Shown: in pieces, positions 1 to 11,610 of the stretch
Position numbering within the stretch: position 1 is the first letter of the stretch
Layout of the letters: every line of letters begins with the position of its first letter
NCBI RefSeq assembly: GCF_006345805.1
Contig: NW_021833004.1
Coordinates: forward strand, 1 to 58,712
Direction of reading: 5' to 3'
Origin: Octopus sinensis
Taxonomy: Eukaryota
Length of the DNA stretch: 58,712 nucleotides
The notes under the pieces: generated by a model
The model's database searches: none
Told to the model about the DNA's origin: nothing
The model's input: the letters and a program-made list of their open reading frames with translations, nothing else
Translations under genes and position numbers: made by a program

Positions 1-302
1 TAATGATATTCCCGGATTAACAGAATGTTTTGACGGTGTTCAGAGGGGGTTGGCAGAACATTTTGGTTACGCATGGAAATACCACATAATATCTGAAAGT
101 AAAACTAGAAAAATAATTTTTTTTTTTAAATCAAAAAGCGTAACGGCTTTTTTTGAGGGGGGGGGGCTCCACGGACCGGTTCCTTGTAAGACTTTTTCCA
201 AGAACCGAGGCTTCTCAAACATAACAAACCACAATTAAGTGCATTAACATAAAACTGAATTATCATTGTATATAGTAATAATTCAGTGATATGCTAAAAC
301 GT

Positions 303-566
303 GGAGGCGCAATAGCCCAGTGGATAGGACAGCGGACTCGTGATCGAAGAATCGCGGTTTCGATTCCCAGACCGGCAGTGAGGTGCGCCCCTGTTGTACT
401 CTTTCGCTCCAACATTCTCTCACTCGTTCTTCCTTTTTCTTGAGTAACGCTGCGATGGACTGGCGTCCCGTCCAGCTGGGGGGAACACATATGCCATAGA
501 TACCGGGAAACCGGGCCCATGGGCCTGGCTAGGCTTCAAAAGGGCGCGTAAATAATAAAATAAAAT
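303..566 (+). mobile_element. tRNA-derived SINE (tRNA-Arg-like head, A-rich tail)
   Basis: Head GGCGCAATAGCCCAGTGG...GGTTTCGATTCCC carries Pol III A/B boxes and is shared with 1812 and 52607. AAATAATAAAATAAAA tail. Confidence 0.8.
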
Positions 567-617
567 ATGCTACAACACAAATATTATACATGAAATATAT
601 AATGGTTCTATATTTGG

Positions 618-755
618 CAACAAGGGCAGCCATTTTAGGGGAGGGGATGAATCGATTAGATCGACCCCAGTATGTTACAAGTACTAAATTTATCGACCCA
701 AAAGGATGAAAAGCAAAGTCGACCACGGTAGAATTTGAACTCAGACGAAATACCA
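618..755 (-). mobile_element. Old Nin-domain-like SINE fragment
   Basis: TTTATCGACCCAAAAGGATGAAAAGCAAAGTCGACC...ATTTGAACTCAG is the reverse complement of the unit above. Confidence 0.65.
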
Positions 756-1535
756 TGTGGCTGAGAAGCAAACTTCTTACAACACAGCCCCTCCAATATA
801 TACAGACATACATGCATATTAGGACGGATGGATGGATAGATAGATAGATGAATAGATAGATAGATAGATAGATAGATAGATGGATAGACAGATAGATAGA
901 TAGATAGATAGATAGATATGTTTCTTTGTTAGCTACACAAGGCTGCACACAGACGGGACAGATTACAAAGTAGAGTTTTTCTTTATGGGGAGAAAAGACA
1001 AAAAATAAGTGGGGTAGGTTTTCGATCAAAAGGGAAAGAAAAAAAAAGATAGATAGATATAAATACTTATATACATACATATATACCTACCTACCTATCT
1101 AAATACATACATACCAACACATACATACTTATATACATACATACATACACACAAACATACATACCTACATATTTTGATTGACAGACAGATAGATAAATAG
1201 ATACATACATACACACACACATACACACACATCCTCACATATTTTCACAAATAAATTAATTAAACTCGTGTGCTTGACCTATCCAACCTTAACCTACCAC
1301 AATAATAGCTTATAATCTAAACTCGATAAAAATAATAGGTTGCTATAGAGATAAGGTTTCGATTAACTTTTGTACGAAAACACAAAATATTAACGTTACA
1401 AACATTTCTCTTTATTTTTAGCAACTCTAATGGAAGATTTGGAATAACCTACATTTTGAGTCAGATGCCAATGGTTCGATGGCTAAATGACTTCGAACCT
1501 TCTACGCGTTTCAGTCACTACTATCATATTATATC

Positions 1536-1593
<58 letters not shown>

Positions 1594-1643
1594 GTATTAT
1601 GTATATGTATATATATGTATATATATATATATATATACATATA

Positions 1644-1690
<47 letters not shown>

Positions 1691-1705
1691 GTATATGTAT
1701 ATATA

Positions 1706-1737
<32 letters not shown>

Positions 1738-1759
1738 GTATATATATATATATATACAT

Positions 1760-1804
<45 letters not shown>
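1536..1804. repeat. (TA)n compound microsatellite (one example of dozens in the window)
   Basis: Directly visible; source of the YIYI pseudo-ORFs. Confidence 0.95.
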
Positions 1805-1811
1805 CAAATGT

Positions 1812-2193
1812 GAAGGCGCAATGGCCCAGTGGTTAGGGCAGCGGATTCGCGGTCGTAGGATTGTGGTTTCGATTCCAAGACCGCTGTTGTAAGTGTTTAT
1901 TGAGTGAAAACGTCTAAAGTTCCACGAGGCTCCGGCAGGGAGTGGTGGTCGAACCCTGCTGTACTCTTTCACCGCAGCTTTCTCTCACTCTTTCTTCCTG
2001 TTTCTGTTGTACCTGTATTGCGAAGGGGCCAGCCTGGTCACACTCTGTGTCACGCTGAATCTTCCCCCGAGAACTACGTTAAGGGTACATGTGTCTGTGG
2101 AGTGCTCAGCCACCTACACGTTAATTTCAGGAGCAGGGTGTTCCGTTGATCGGATCAACTGGAACCCTCGTCCTCGGAACCGACGGAGTGCCA
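1812..2193 (+). mobile_element. tRNA-derived SINE, same head as 303-566 but different 3' body
   Basis: GGCGCAATGGCCCAGTGGTTAGGGCAGCGG...GGTTTCGATTCC head. It shares the CTGTACTCTTTC...TCTCACTC segment, then diverges. Confidence 0.8.
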
Positions 2194-2220
2194 CGTATAT
2201 TTATCAATGCCTGTGTGTGT

Positions 2221-2252
<32 letters not shown>

Positions 2253-2295
2253 ATCACCGCCTCTGTGTGTGTGTGTGTGTGTTATGTATACGCTT

Positions 2296-2957
2296 ATGTA
2301 GATGTGTCATATACTCTTCCAGACATGTTGGCCGCATGACACATGGCTCATCATGAGGTGGGCCGCACAACTAAAAATAAATTTTAACTCTCTATTTCGA
2401 AAGTACGAGCGGGCCGCAGCCGGCACATCGATATGAACGGTTTCTTAAACAAATCGAGACCCGTTTGGTTTTGTTTGCTTGTTGTTATTCTTAGTTTGGT
2501 GTGGTGGACAAAAAAAAAATAGGTAGACCTCAATATCGTTGTAAAGAGAGGATCATATCTATTGAGTGATACAGCTCTAGAGACTCACATACAGAACTTG
2601 AAGTTTCTGATTCAACGATAAGTTGATTGCAGCAGTGCTTCAGCTGTTGTAAGAACCTTTTCATGCGTGTCACTGAACTTAAAACGGCTAAAGAAGTACT
2701 GTGATCATCGTTTCACAAAACGTGACGTTATTTACGTCTCGATAGCTGTATCGTTTGATATATAGATATACATATAAATATATATATAGGGAGATTTTAC
2801 GAAAAAAACAAAAGACGAAGACCGGTGGTGTACAAAACAAACAGATGTATTAGTATAACGCTCAGGATTAGAGAAAGTCTTTTACGTTTCGAGCCTACGC
2901 TCTTTTATAGAAAGGGATACAGAAAAAACAAGGAGAGAAAAAAATGTGTGTAGTGTA

Positions 2958-2998
<41 letters not shown>

Positions 2999-3031
2999 CA
3001 CCACAAATGCACGCGCACATACACACGCACA

Positions 3032-3076
<45 letters not shown>

Positions 3077-3547
3077 CACCACACACACACTTCTCATACA
3101 CACATACGGAATATATTACGCAGAGAAACAGCCACGTTAACAGCTCCACTGCCTCCGGACGCTATATTGTATCGAAATGCCCAAATTTAACAAACTGTGC
3201 TAAACAGCAGTTGTCGCACTCAGAAGAAGTCCATCTTGGCGCATTCCGCTGTAAACTACTTCCCAAATCTACGGACATACATAAGAGCAGAGAGTTGTAT
3301 TTCCAAGGTGACACATCTTATTTTGTTCGATTCATTACTAATGTCCGGTTATGCGGTATGGCCTACTTCCAGGCAAATATTTTGTATACTTGAGGTGTGT
3401 GAGTCACATTTGATCATTCGGTCGGTTATGTAGGTGACTTCGCAGTACCGCATCAAGGCTAACTTGGGGTTACAAAACAATAGCATCAGACACAATAGCA
3501 ACAAAGAGAACAAACGTTTAAAGAAATCCATAAAACGCACACACCCT

Positions 3548-3587
<40 letters not shown>

Positions 3588-3766
3588 CTATGAATCTATA
3601 GAAAGGTATATTCTATTCATAGGAAAGCTGCGGCCCTCTCGTACTCTCAAATGACACGCCTAACGAAATAGAATTGAATTTCTTTTTAGTTGTGCGGCCC
3701 ACCTCATGATGAGCCATGTGTCATGGGACCCACATGTCTGGTAGAGTCTATTAGACACCTTACATA
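2296..3766. mobile_element. Old DNA transposon (hAT-like) with ~125-bp imperfect terminal inverted repeats, interrupted by a PLE repeat and microsatellites
   Basis: 2296-2420 is the reverse complement of 3627-3766 (e.g. CATGACACATGGCTCATCATGAGGTGGGCCGCACAACTAAAAA). Repeated GGCCGCA subterminal motifs are typical of hAT/Charlie-like elements. Confidence 0.7.
2785..2955 (-). mobile_element. Solo PLE pLTR-like repeat (~170 bp)
   Basis: Homologous to 6765-6960 and 55732-55892. Flanked by (TA)n. Confidence 0.75.
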
Positions 3767-5216
3767 CATTAGGATATACGTAACACAAACACACATATAC
3801 ACGGAGGCACACACACGCGCACACACACACACATGCACATACACACACACATACACATACTCATACAGAGGCATTGATAAATATAGGTGAGTCAAACTGT
3901 GACCTATATATCACACATATATTCCACGCACGCACAATATATATGCGTGTATCTATGTATGTATATGTATATAGGTGTACATACATACATATACATGTAA
4001 GTATATGTGTATATATGTATGTCTATACATATATGTATATATATATATATATTACTGATAAATGACCTCAATACAATAATTCCATAGTACACATATACAC
4101 ATAAATACAATAGGCCATACATATATATATATATTATATATATATATATGTGTGTGTGTGTGTTGTATATATATGTATATATATATATATAAGTATATAC
4201 ATATATACATATATATATATACATATATATATATACATATATACATATATACATATATATATACATATATATATACATATATATATATATACATATACAT
4301 ATACATATACATATATATATATTATACAGCTACTCCTACCACCACCACCAACAACAACAACAACGACAACAATAATAAAGGAGGTGATAATGATGATACT
4401 GATGATGATAATTGAAATGTAAAAATCCCTGGGAAATGTTGATAATAAATTTTCTAAAAATAGCCCAAGAATTACTTCTTTGGTCAGGGTCAAAATACAG
4501 GTCTCTTGACATGTTCAACGAACCGTGACGCCTAGACCAAACACCAATCAACTTAAGTAATTTAGTAAAATCACACACTGATTGGTCAGAATGCAGTTTG
4601 AAAAAATGAACATTCTGGACCCTATACAAATGTATTTAAGGCTCACAGTTTAGCCATCTAATTACAATTTACAACTATCACCACAATTACATGAACCTGA
4701 AGATTGCAGAGTTTAATTCATGAAAGTACTAGTTCAATCAGAATGAACATTTAACATTCTATCGTTTCATTGTATTATATTATATTATTATAAGATTGTA
4801 AATAAAACGTGAAAATCAGAGTTGGAATTTCTTTGAGTAATATATTCTTCTATACACAATCATATACACTCATGTGTGTATGTACATATTTGAACTAGGG
4901 ACAGCTGATGAAGGGGGATTTTTCTTTGTGTAGTTGTCTTGTTCTCTGTTTTTTCGTTGTTAAAAAAATGGTCCGTTCCATGCAGTTTTTACTTTTTCGT
5001 TTCTCGTTGAGTTCTATGTCTATTTGTGATGTCCTGTACACACGTATATATATTTATATATGCATGTATATATACATGTAGATGTAGGTACGTACATATA
5101 TGTTTGTATGTATGCATGTATGTTATTTATTACACTATTGTATGACTGAGCGCCCTCGCGTCGATTCGATTCGTTTCGTTTCGTTTCGTTTCGTTTCTTC
5201 TTCTTCTCTAAGCTGG

Positions 5217-5269
<53 letters not shown>

Positions 5270-5279
5270 ATATATATAT

Positions 5280-5461
5280 ATGATAGATTGTTAGCCACTA
5301 CACACATTTTTTTCTCTCCTTGTTGTTTCTGTGTCCCTTTCTGCAGAAAAGCGTAGACTCGAAACGTAAAAGACTTTTTCTATTCCTGAGCGTTATACTA
5401 ATACATCTTTGTTTGTACACCACTGTCTTCATCTTTTGTTTATTTTCGTAAACTTTCCCTA

Positions 5462-5462
<1 letters not shown>
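5280..5462 (+). mobile_element. Solo PLE pLTR-like repeat
   Basis: Reverse complement of 2785-2955. Flanked by (TA)n. Confidence 0.75.
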
Positions 5463-5504
<42 letters not shown>

Positions 5505-5526
5505 TATATATATTATATATATATAT

Positions 5527-5569
<43 letters not shown>

Positions 5570-5573
<4 letters not shown>

Positions 5574-5688
5574 TGAAATTTACAGAAAAACAAAAGACGA
5601 AGATAAGTGTATACACTACAAACAGGTGTATTAGTTTGACGCTCGAGAAGGTACGAGGTCTCATACGTTTCGAGCCTACGCTCTTCCT
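5570..5688 (-). mobile_element. Truncated PLE pLTR-like repeat
   Basis: ACAAAAGACGAAGA...GTATTAGTTTGACGCTC...TACGTTTCGAGCCTACGCTCTTC. Confidence 0.7.
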
Positions 5689-5699
5689 TATAAAGGCTC

Positions 5700-5921
5700 T
5701 GGGATGGAAATTCCCTATGGACAAGTGTACCCTCTAAGTTTCATATTCAGTTTGGGACGCTGGTGGCGCAGGGCTTGGAATTTTTCAGCATTAAGCTGCA
5801 TGTTATTATCCTCAGCCCATCTGTAAATTCAGTCCAACTACTGCTGCAGATGTGCAACATCGCTGGGGTTCTGTATTTTCTGCGAGATTTTCGTATCGTC
5901 TGTGTAGCTTGCAAGGGTAGC
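5700..5921 (-). mobile_element. CR1/L2-like LINE reverse transcriptase remnant
   Basis: Minus-strand translation ATLASYTDDTKISQKIQNPSDVAHLQQ*LD*IYRWAEDNNMQLNAEKFQAL (YADDTK...LQ.DL...WA..N.M.FN..K pattern, with stops). Confidence 0.8.
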
Positions 5922-6654
5922 TATATATATGTATGATATATATATATCATATTATATATTATATATATATATATATACATACATATATATATATATACAA
6001 CATATAATATTATATATTATATATATATATATTGTACTGCAAAATAAAATCTATATATATGTGTGTATGTATATACGAATGTGTGTGCGTTCGTACGTGT
6101 GTGTATAATGTGTGTGTTGTGTGTGTGTGTGCATTTAATACCCTCTCTCGATTCTATTCTTAACTCACAATTTCGGGAGTTTTAATTAGGTTTTGATTAA
6201 TTTTCAAAACAATCAAGAATTCTAGGAGTGGGTCTTTAATGAAAGGAACTAAATAATTATAATTATGCATAATTAAAATCATGGAATATTAAATGAATTA
6301 ATCTGCTGATATAAGATTTTATAAGCACCAATTAAGGACATATGATTAGGGAACAGTTTATGGTGTCGCTTATGGTACTCCCTTAGCCCCTTGCTTGCTT
6401 GCAAGCCGCGTTCTTTACTAAAGTACGTGACCCCTGTCGTCCCCACTTTCCAAATTCGGCTATGGAAATGACCACCCTGCCACCACCCGCTCCTGGTATT
6501 TAAACTGAGCCATGTTTGCATCCTGGGTATGACCGCTAGAATAAGTAAATAAGTACTAGGCTCATAAAGGTGACAGATACGCATTGAGGCAGATATTATA
6601 CACACATACATAATATACATACATGTATATATATATATATATATAATATATATA

Positions 6655-6754
<100 letters not shown>

Positions 6755-6764
6755 TATATATATA

Positions 6765-7935
6765 TAACGGGAAGCTTTATGAAAATAGACAAAAGACGAA
6801 GGCAGGTGGAAAACAAACGAACAATTGTATTAGTATGGCGCTCAGGAAATATAAATAAAACAAGTCTTTAACGTTTCGAGCCTACGCTCTTCAACAGAAA
6901 GATACACAGAGAGAGAAAAACACAGAAAGAAGGAGAGAAAAAAAATGCGTGCAGTAGCTAACGAATCAACATGGCGATCTGATTTCGGCCAGAGGTCAAA
7001 GATCAAACATGAGACGCGAGAGCGAAATAAGGGGAGCTAATAGGTTGATAATAGTTGAAGGACCAGCTAATAGTGCGTAGGAGGGGTCTGGACGTGTGTG
7101 TATAGGGTTGGTGTATGTATTAGTATGTATAAGGGGTGGTGTGTGTGTGTGTGTGGTGGTGTATGAGAGAGTATTGGTGCGTAGGATTGGTGTGGACGTG
7201 CGTATGTATGGGGTTGGTGTATGTATTAGTATGTATTAGTATGTATTAGTACGTATTAGTATGTATAAGTGTGTGTGTGTGTGTGTATGAGAGAGTATAA
7301 GTGCGTATGAGGGGTCTGGACGTGTGTATGTATAGGGTTGTGTATGTATTAGTATGTATTAGTACGTATATACGTATTAGTTAGTATTGTATTAGTTGGT
7401 GTATGTATTAGTATGGCACATCATATATGATGTGATGTGTGAAGTCGTGTGGTGTAGTGAGGAGAAGAGGGGGGAGGGGAGGGGGAGAGGGGGAGAGGGG
7501 GAGAGGAGGGGGAGAAGGAAGGGGAGGAGGTGGAGGAAGGAGGAAGAGGGGAGAAGGGGAGTGAGGGAGCAGAGGAAGGGAAGAGGGAAGGAGGGGAGGG
7601 AGAAAGAGGGAAGAAGGGAAGGGGAGTAGGGTGGGTGAAGGATGAAGGACTGAAGAAGTAGGGGTCGGGGGGAAAGGATAGGTGAGGAGGGGGGAGAGGG
7701 GGGTTAGATGAGGGGAGAGGGGAGAGTTGAGACCAAATGGCGTATAAGAGCGAAGAGAGAAGATTAATTCCTGTTCACGGCGCAAAGGAATCCGGATGGC
7801 CTCTGTGTAAGGACAAACCGAACCACAGATAGGTGTTGCAAGGAGTGACCGGTGGAGCGGAAATGGCGTGGACCGGTGTGTCGTTCGCAAGGTGGATGTC
7901 ACGAAGGTGTTCCGCGAACCGGTCAGCCAAGCGGC
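6765..7935 (-). mobile_element. 3' end of a Penelope-like element: GIY-YIG endonuclease C-terminus, spacer, and pLTR with hammerhead motif
   Basis: 7730-7935 (minus, frameshifted) reads RLADRFAEHLRDIHLANDTPV/RHFRSTGHSLQHLSV/RREQELIFSLRSYTPFGLN, the typical PLE GIY-YIG tail (E..I..L....P.GLN). A pyrimidine-rich and AC-rich spacer and the ~170-bp repeat follow. Confidence 0.8.
6866..6901 (-). ncRNA. Minimal type I hammerhead ribozyme-like motif (variant core) in the PLE pLTR
   Basis: CUUU-CUGUUGA-A-GAGC-GUAG-GCUC-GAAA-CG-UU-AAAG. Confidence 0.55.
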
Positions 7936-8083
7936 ATATATATATATATATATATCTTTATAAGCCACACAGGGCTGAACACAGAGGGGACAAATTACAA
8001 AGTAGACCTTTTCTTTTTTGGAGCAAAAGAAAGAAAATAAAAATAATAAAAAAATAAAAAGGGGTAGATTATGTATATACATA

Positions 8084-8130
<47 letters not shown>

Positions 8131-8136
8131 ATATAT

Positions 8137-8320
8137 TGATTCGCCATGATAGATCGGTAGCACTACACACATTTTTCTTCTCTTTGTTTTTTCTGTGTTC
8201 CTTTCTGTAGAAGAGCATAGGCTCGAAACGTAAAAGACTTTTTCTATTCCCGAGCGTTAAACTAATACATTTGTTTGTTTTCTACACCACCTCTCTTCGT
8301 CTTTTTGTAACTTCTCCCTG
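8137..8320 (+). mobile_element. Solo PLE pLTR-like repeat
   Basis: Same family, flanked by (TA)n. Confidence 0.75.
8201..8236 (+). ncRNA. Minimal type I hammerhead ribozyme-like motif (variant core)
   Basis: CUUU-CUGUAGA-A-GAGC-AUAG-GCUC-GAAA-CG-UA-AAAG. Confidence 0.55.
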
Positions 8321-8394
<74 letters not shown>

Positions 8395-8395
<1 letters not shown>

Positions 8396-8560
8396 TTGTG
8401 TATCTGTGTTTACGTCCCCGTAACTTAGTTGTTCGAAAAAGAGAGACGGATAGAATAAGTACTAGGCATACAAAGAATAAGCCCTGGGGTCGATTCCTTC
8501 GACTAAAGGCGGTGCTCCAGCATGGCCGTAGTCAAAATGACTGAAACAAGTAAAAGAAAA
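8395..8560 (+). mobile_element. 3' fragment of the CORE-type SINE
   Basis: GATAGAATAAGTACTAGG...GGTGCTCCAGCATGGCCG...GACTGAAACAAGTAAAAG. Confidence 0.75.
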
Positions 8561-8759
8561 GGATGAAAAGAAATACTAGCAAAAAACACCTAAAGCCTAC
8601 CCTGGGGTCAAGCCTTGAGGTCAAGGGCGAAACTCAGAATAAACGGTCGTTTTTACCTAATATTAGACGCATCCACACACACACACACACACACACACGC
8701 ATACACACAACGAGTGAGAGACTAATATACTTACACACACACATATTCATGCTCACTCT

Positions 8760-8974
8760 CTCTCTCTTTTACTTGTTTCAGTCATTTGACTGCGGCCATG
8801 CTGGAGCACCGCCTTTTAGTCGAGCAACTCGACCCCGGGACTTATTCGTTTTGTAAGCCCAGTACTTATTCTATCGGTCTCTTTTTGCCGAACCGCTAAG
8901 CGACAGGGACGTAAACACACCAGCATCGGTTGTCAAGCAATGCTAGGGGGACAAACACACACACACACACATAT

Positions 8975-9010
<36 letters not shown>

Positions 9011-9183
9011 ATATATACGACGGGCTTCTTTCAGTTTCCGTCTACCAAATCCACTCACAAGGCTTTGGTCGGCCCAGGGCTATAGCAGAAGACACTTGCC
9101 CAAGATGCCACGCAGTGGGACTGAACCCGGAACCATGTGGTTGGTTAGCAAGCTACTTACCACACAGCCACTCCTGCGCCTAT
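8760..9183 (-). mobile_element. Full-length abundant tRNA/CORE-type SINE with internal (TA)/(TG) microsatellite
   Basis: High identity to 48247-48657 and 57030-57450. tRNA-like head TGGCTGTGTGG...GGTTCAGTCCC, CORE-like CTTGGGCAAGTG, tail ACAAGTAAAAGAG. Confidence 0.88.
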
Positions 9184-9707
9184 CACATATATCTTTATTG
9201 TTTTATGTATTGACACCAACAGCACCACCTCCTCCACCACCAACAACAACCCCACCACCACCACCATCATCCATAACCATCACCACCCACTCAATCATTC
9301 GTCTTCTTCCATCAATGATGTCAATCACCCGGCTTCCCCACGTTTCATTACATTACTGATAAACACCTCAGTTTTAACAATAGCACATCACAAAGGTTAC
9401 CAACCAACCTACAACAACTGTTTGGTAGATTTTAAACTTGGCTGCAACTTCCAGTCGCTAGAAATGTTAACAGCCGATTACAATTGGGCGCAACTGGTCG
9501 TGCTTGGCCCGTTTACCTCGGTGCTAACCAGGGGATGCCAACGCAACGTTTAAAAGCCTCCTAGAAATACAAGCCAAATACAAGAGTAAACAAGAGAGAC
9601 AGAGAAAGGCAGAAACAAGGAAAATGCCTCTTATATTTGAACACTATACAAATATTCTTTTAAATAAACTTTTCTTTTAATTTCTCTAAATTTAATTATT
9701 TAATCGT

Positions 9708-9748
9708 TACAGTTGAAAAGGTCTCAAATGACCGAAACCGGTACTGAA
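9708..9748 (+). ncRNA. Decayed minimal hammerhead motif
   Basis: CAG-UUGAAAA-GGUC-UCAAAU-GACC-GAAA-CCGG-UA-CUG. Confidence 0.45.
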
Positions 9749-10270
9749 ATGCTCTTTATAAAATTATTTTAGCATTTTCTATCTTGACTTGTTTTTCCAT
9801 ATATATATATATACACACATATATATATGTACATATATATGCGGTGTGTCCGTCTCCTATGTTCCTGCCTTTAGGCTTTCACTTCATACACGCCAGCTCA
9901 ATTTGAATCGCTCTCAGTCGAAAGACGCCTGTTGTTATTTCTTGTTGTTTGTATTCGTAATTGTGTACCGTGTTCTCCGTTTGGGTTTCTTTTTTTTTTG
10001 TCTTTGTGGCCGTACACATTTTCTAGCTTTCTTACAAAGGAGTCTAATGCTCTTAGCTTACACTGGGGGGGGGGGCAACCAGATAGAACTATCTCAAGTA
10101 TAACTGTCCGAAATAGTCGTGACTTCTGGTACTTGACTGAAGAAAGAAAGCCAAACACGTCTTTTTTGCCTGTCCTTCTAATCGTTGTTTCTCTTGTCCG
10201 CCTGTGTATCGTCCATCTGTCCGAACGTTTAATGCCCTCTATTACGTTTTGTTCCATTTATATATATTAA

Positions 10271-10319
10271 CAAAACTGTCCGACGAACGGGAACGTGAAA
10301 CTCTGAGTAACAGCTTTTG
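10271..10319 (+). ncRNA. Type I hammerhead ribozyme-like motif
   Basis: CAAAA-CUGU-CCGACGA-ACG-GGAA-CGU-GAAA-CUC-U-GAG-UA-ACAG-C-UUUUG. All three stems pair; the core has U4>C. Confidence 0.55.
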
Positions 10320-10846
10320 TTATATTTCTGCTGCTTTTAAATAAAGTATATTACTCTACCTCTGGTATTTGAGTACTCTTTTTTTTCCACTTTGTTTCAC
10401 ATTTATGTGCTTATATATATATATATATAATATATATATATATATACACACGCACACACAGAGAACTCAAGTAATATCGCGTTTGATGACATATGGTAAT
10501 CGGTTCATAAATTTAGTGCTCAAGGTTGACTTGCTGCCTAAAATTCCAACGTGAACTGCTACTAAAAGCAAAGACTTACACACACACACACACATATATA
10601 TATGTATATATACACACATATATATATATACATATATATAGATATATAGATAAATAGAGAGTACATATATATATGTACTCTCCAAAGTATATGTATATAT
10701 CTATATATATATGTATGTATATGTCTATATATATGTATATATATATATATACACATATATATATATATACATACATATATAAACATATATATAGATAGAT
10801 AGATAAATAGGGAGTACATATATATATGTACTCTCCAATATATATG

Positions 10847-10877
<31 letters not shown>

Positions 10878-10923
10878 ATGTCTATATATATGTATGTGTG
10901 TGTGTGCGTGTGTAAGTATATGC

Positions 10924-10962
<39 letters not shown>

Positions 10963-11082
10963 TATATACATATATGTATGTAAAGATAAACTTGGAAATG
11001 TACATACATGCATATATATATATGTGTGTGTGTGTATGCATGTGTGTGTGTGTGTGTGTGCGTGTGTGTGCGTGTGTGCGTG

Positions 11083-11139
<57 letters not shown>

Positions 11140-11269
11140 TGTATAGGGGATGGGCCTAAAGTCACGAAGGTCTGATTGCATATTGCTATCTGGTGACTCC
11201 ATCCCATCTGTCGACTTCGTTTTCTCACTTCGTGCTTCTTTTGGCTCAGCCTGATAGTCCGCTTTCTAA

Positions 11270-11610
11270 TTTTGGCACAAGGCCAACCATTTTAGCGAAG
11301 AGAATCTGAGTCAAAGACATCACCATCGGCACCCGGCTGCTGCTTCTTTATCAACTTCACTGGAATGAAAGGCAAAAGTTGGCCTCTGCAAGATTTCGAT
11401 GTGATAAATGCTGCAACGCCATTTTATTTTCTTCTTCCAGTTCATTCGCCATATTGAAATATTTTGGTTTGAAATTGAACCACGAGGAGAGCAATTTCTC
11501 CGAATGGGTTAACTCGATTACATCGTCCCCATCTTCCCAGTTTTTCACGGGCAATTTATTGACCCCGAAAGGGATAAAGGCCAAAGTCGACCCTGGTGGC
11601 ATTAGATCTA
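11270..11610 (-). mobile_element. Two degenerate Nin-domain-like SINE fragments
   Basis: TTATTGACCCCGAAAGGGATAAAGGCCAAAGTCGACC and GGAATGAAAGGCAAAAGTTGGCC. Confidence 0.55.

Noticed and set aside
1-238. LAEHF...RKII peptide weakly resembling a PLE endonuclease tail
   Set aside because: Too short, degenerate and cut by the window edge to support.
303-376. tRNA gene-like sequences (also 1812, 52607, about 44990-45057, 57030)
   Set aside because: The cloverleaves are imperfect and the sequences are dispersed repeats, mostly continuing into SINE bodies. They are SINE heads, not tRNAs.
1496-1530. GAAACGCGUA hammerhead half-motif on the minus strand
   Set aside because: The CUGANGA half is missing, so it is too incomplete to call.
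8940-9359. Recurrent ORF MLGGQT...RLPNPLTRLWSARGYSRRHLPK (also 48421, 57027)
   Set aside because: It is the antisense reading of the SINE and recurs only because the SINE does.
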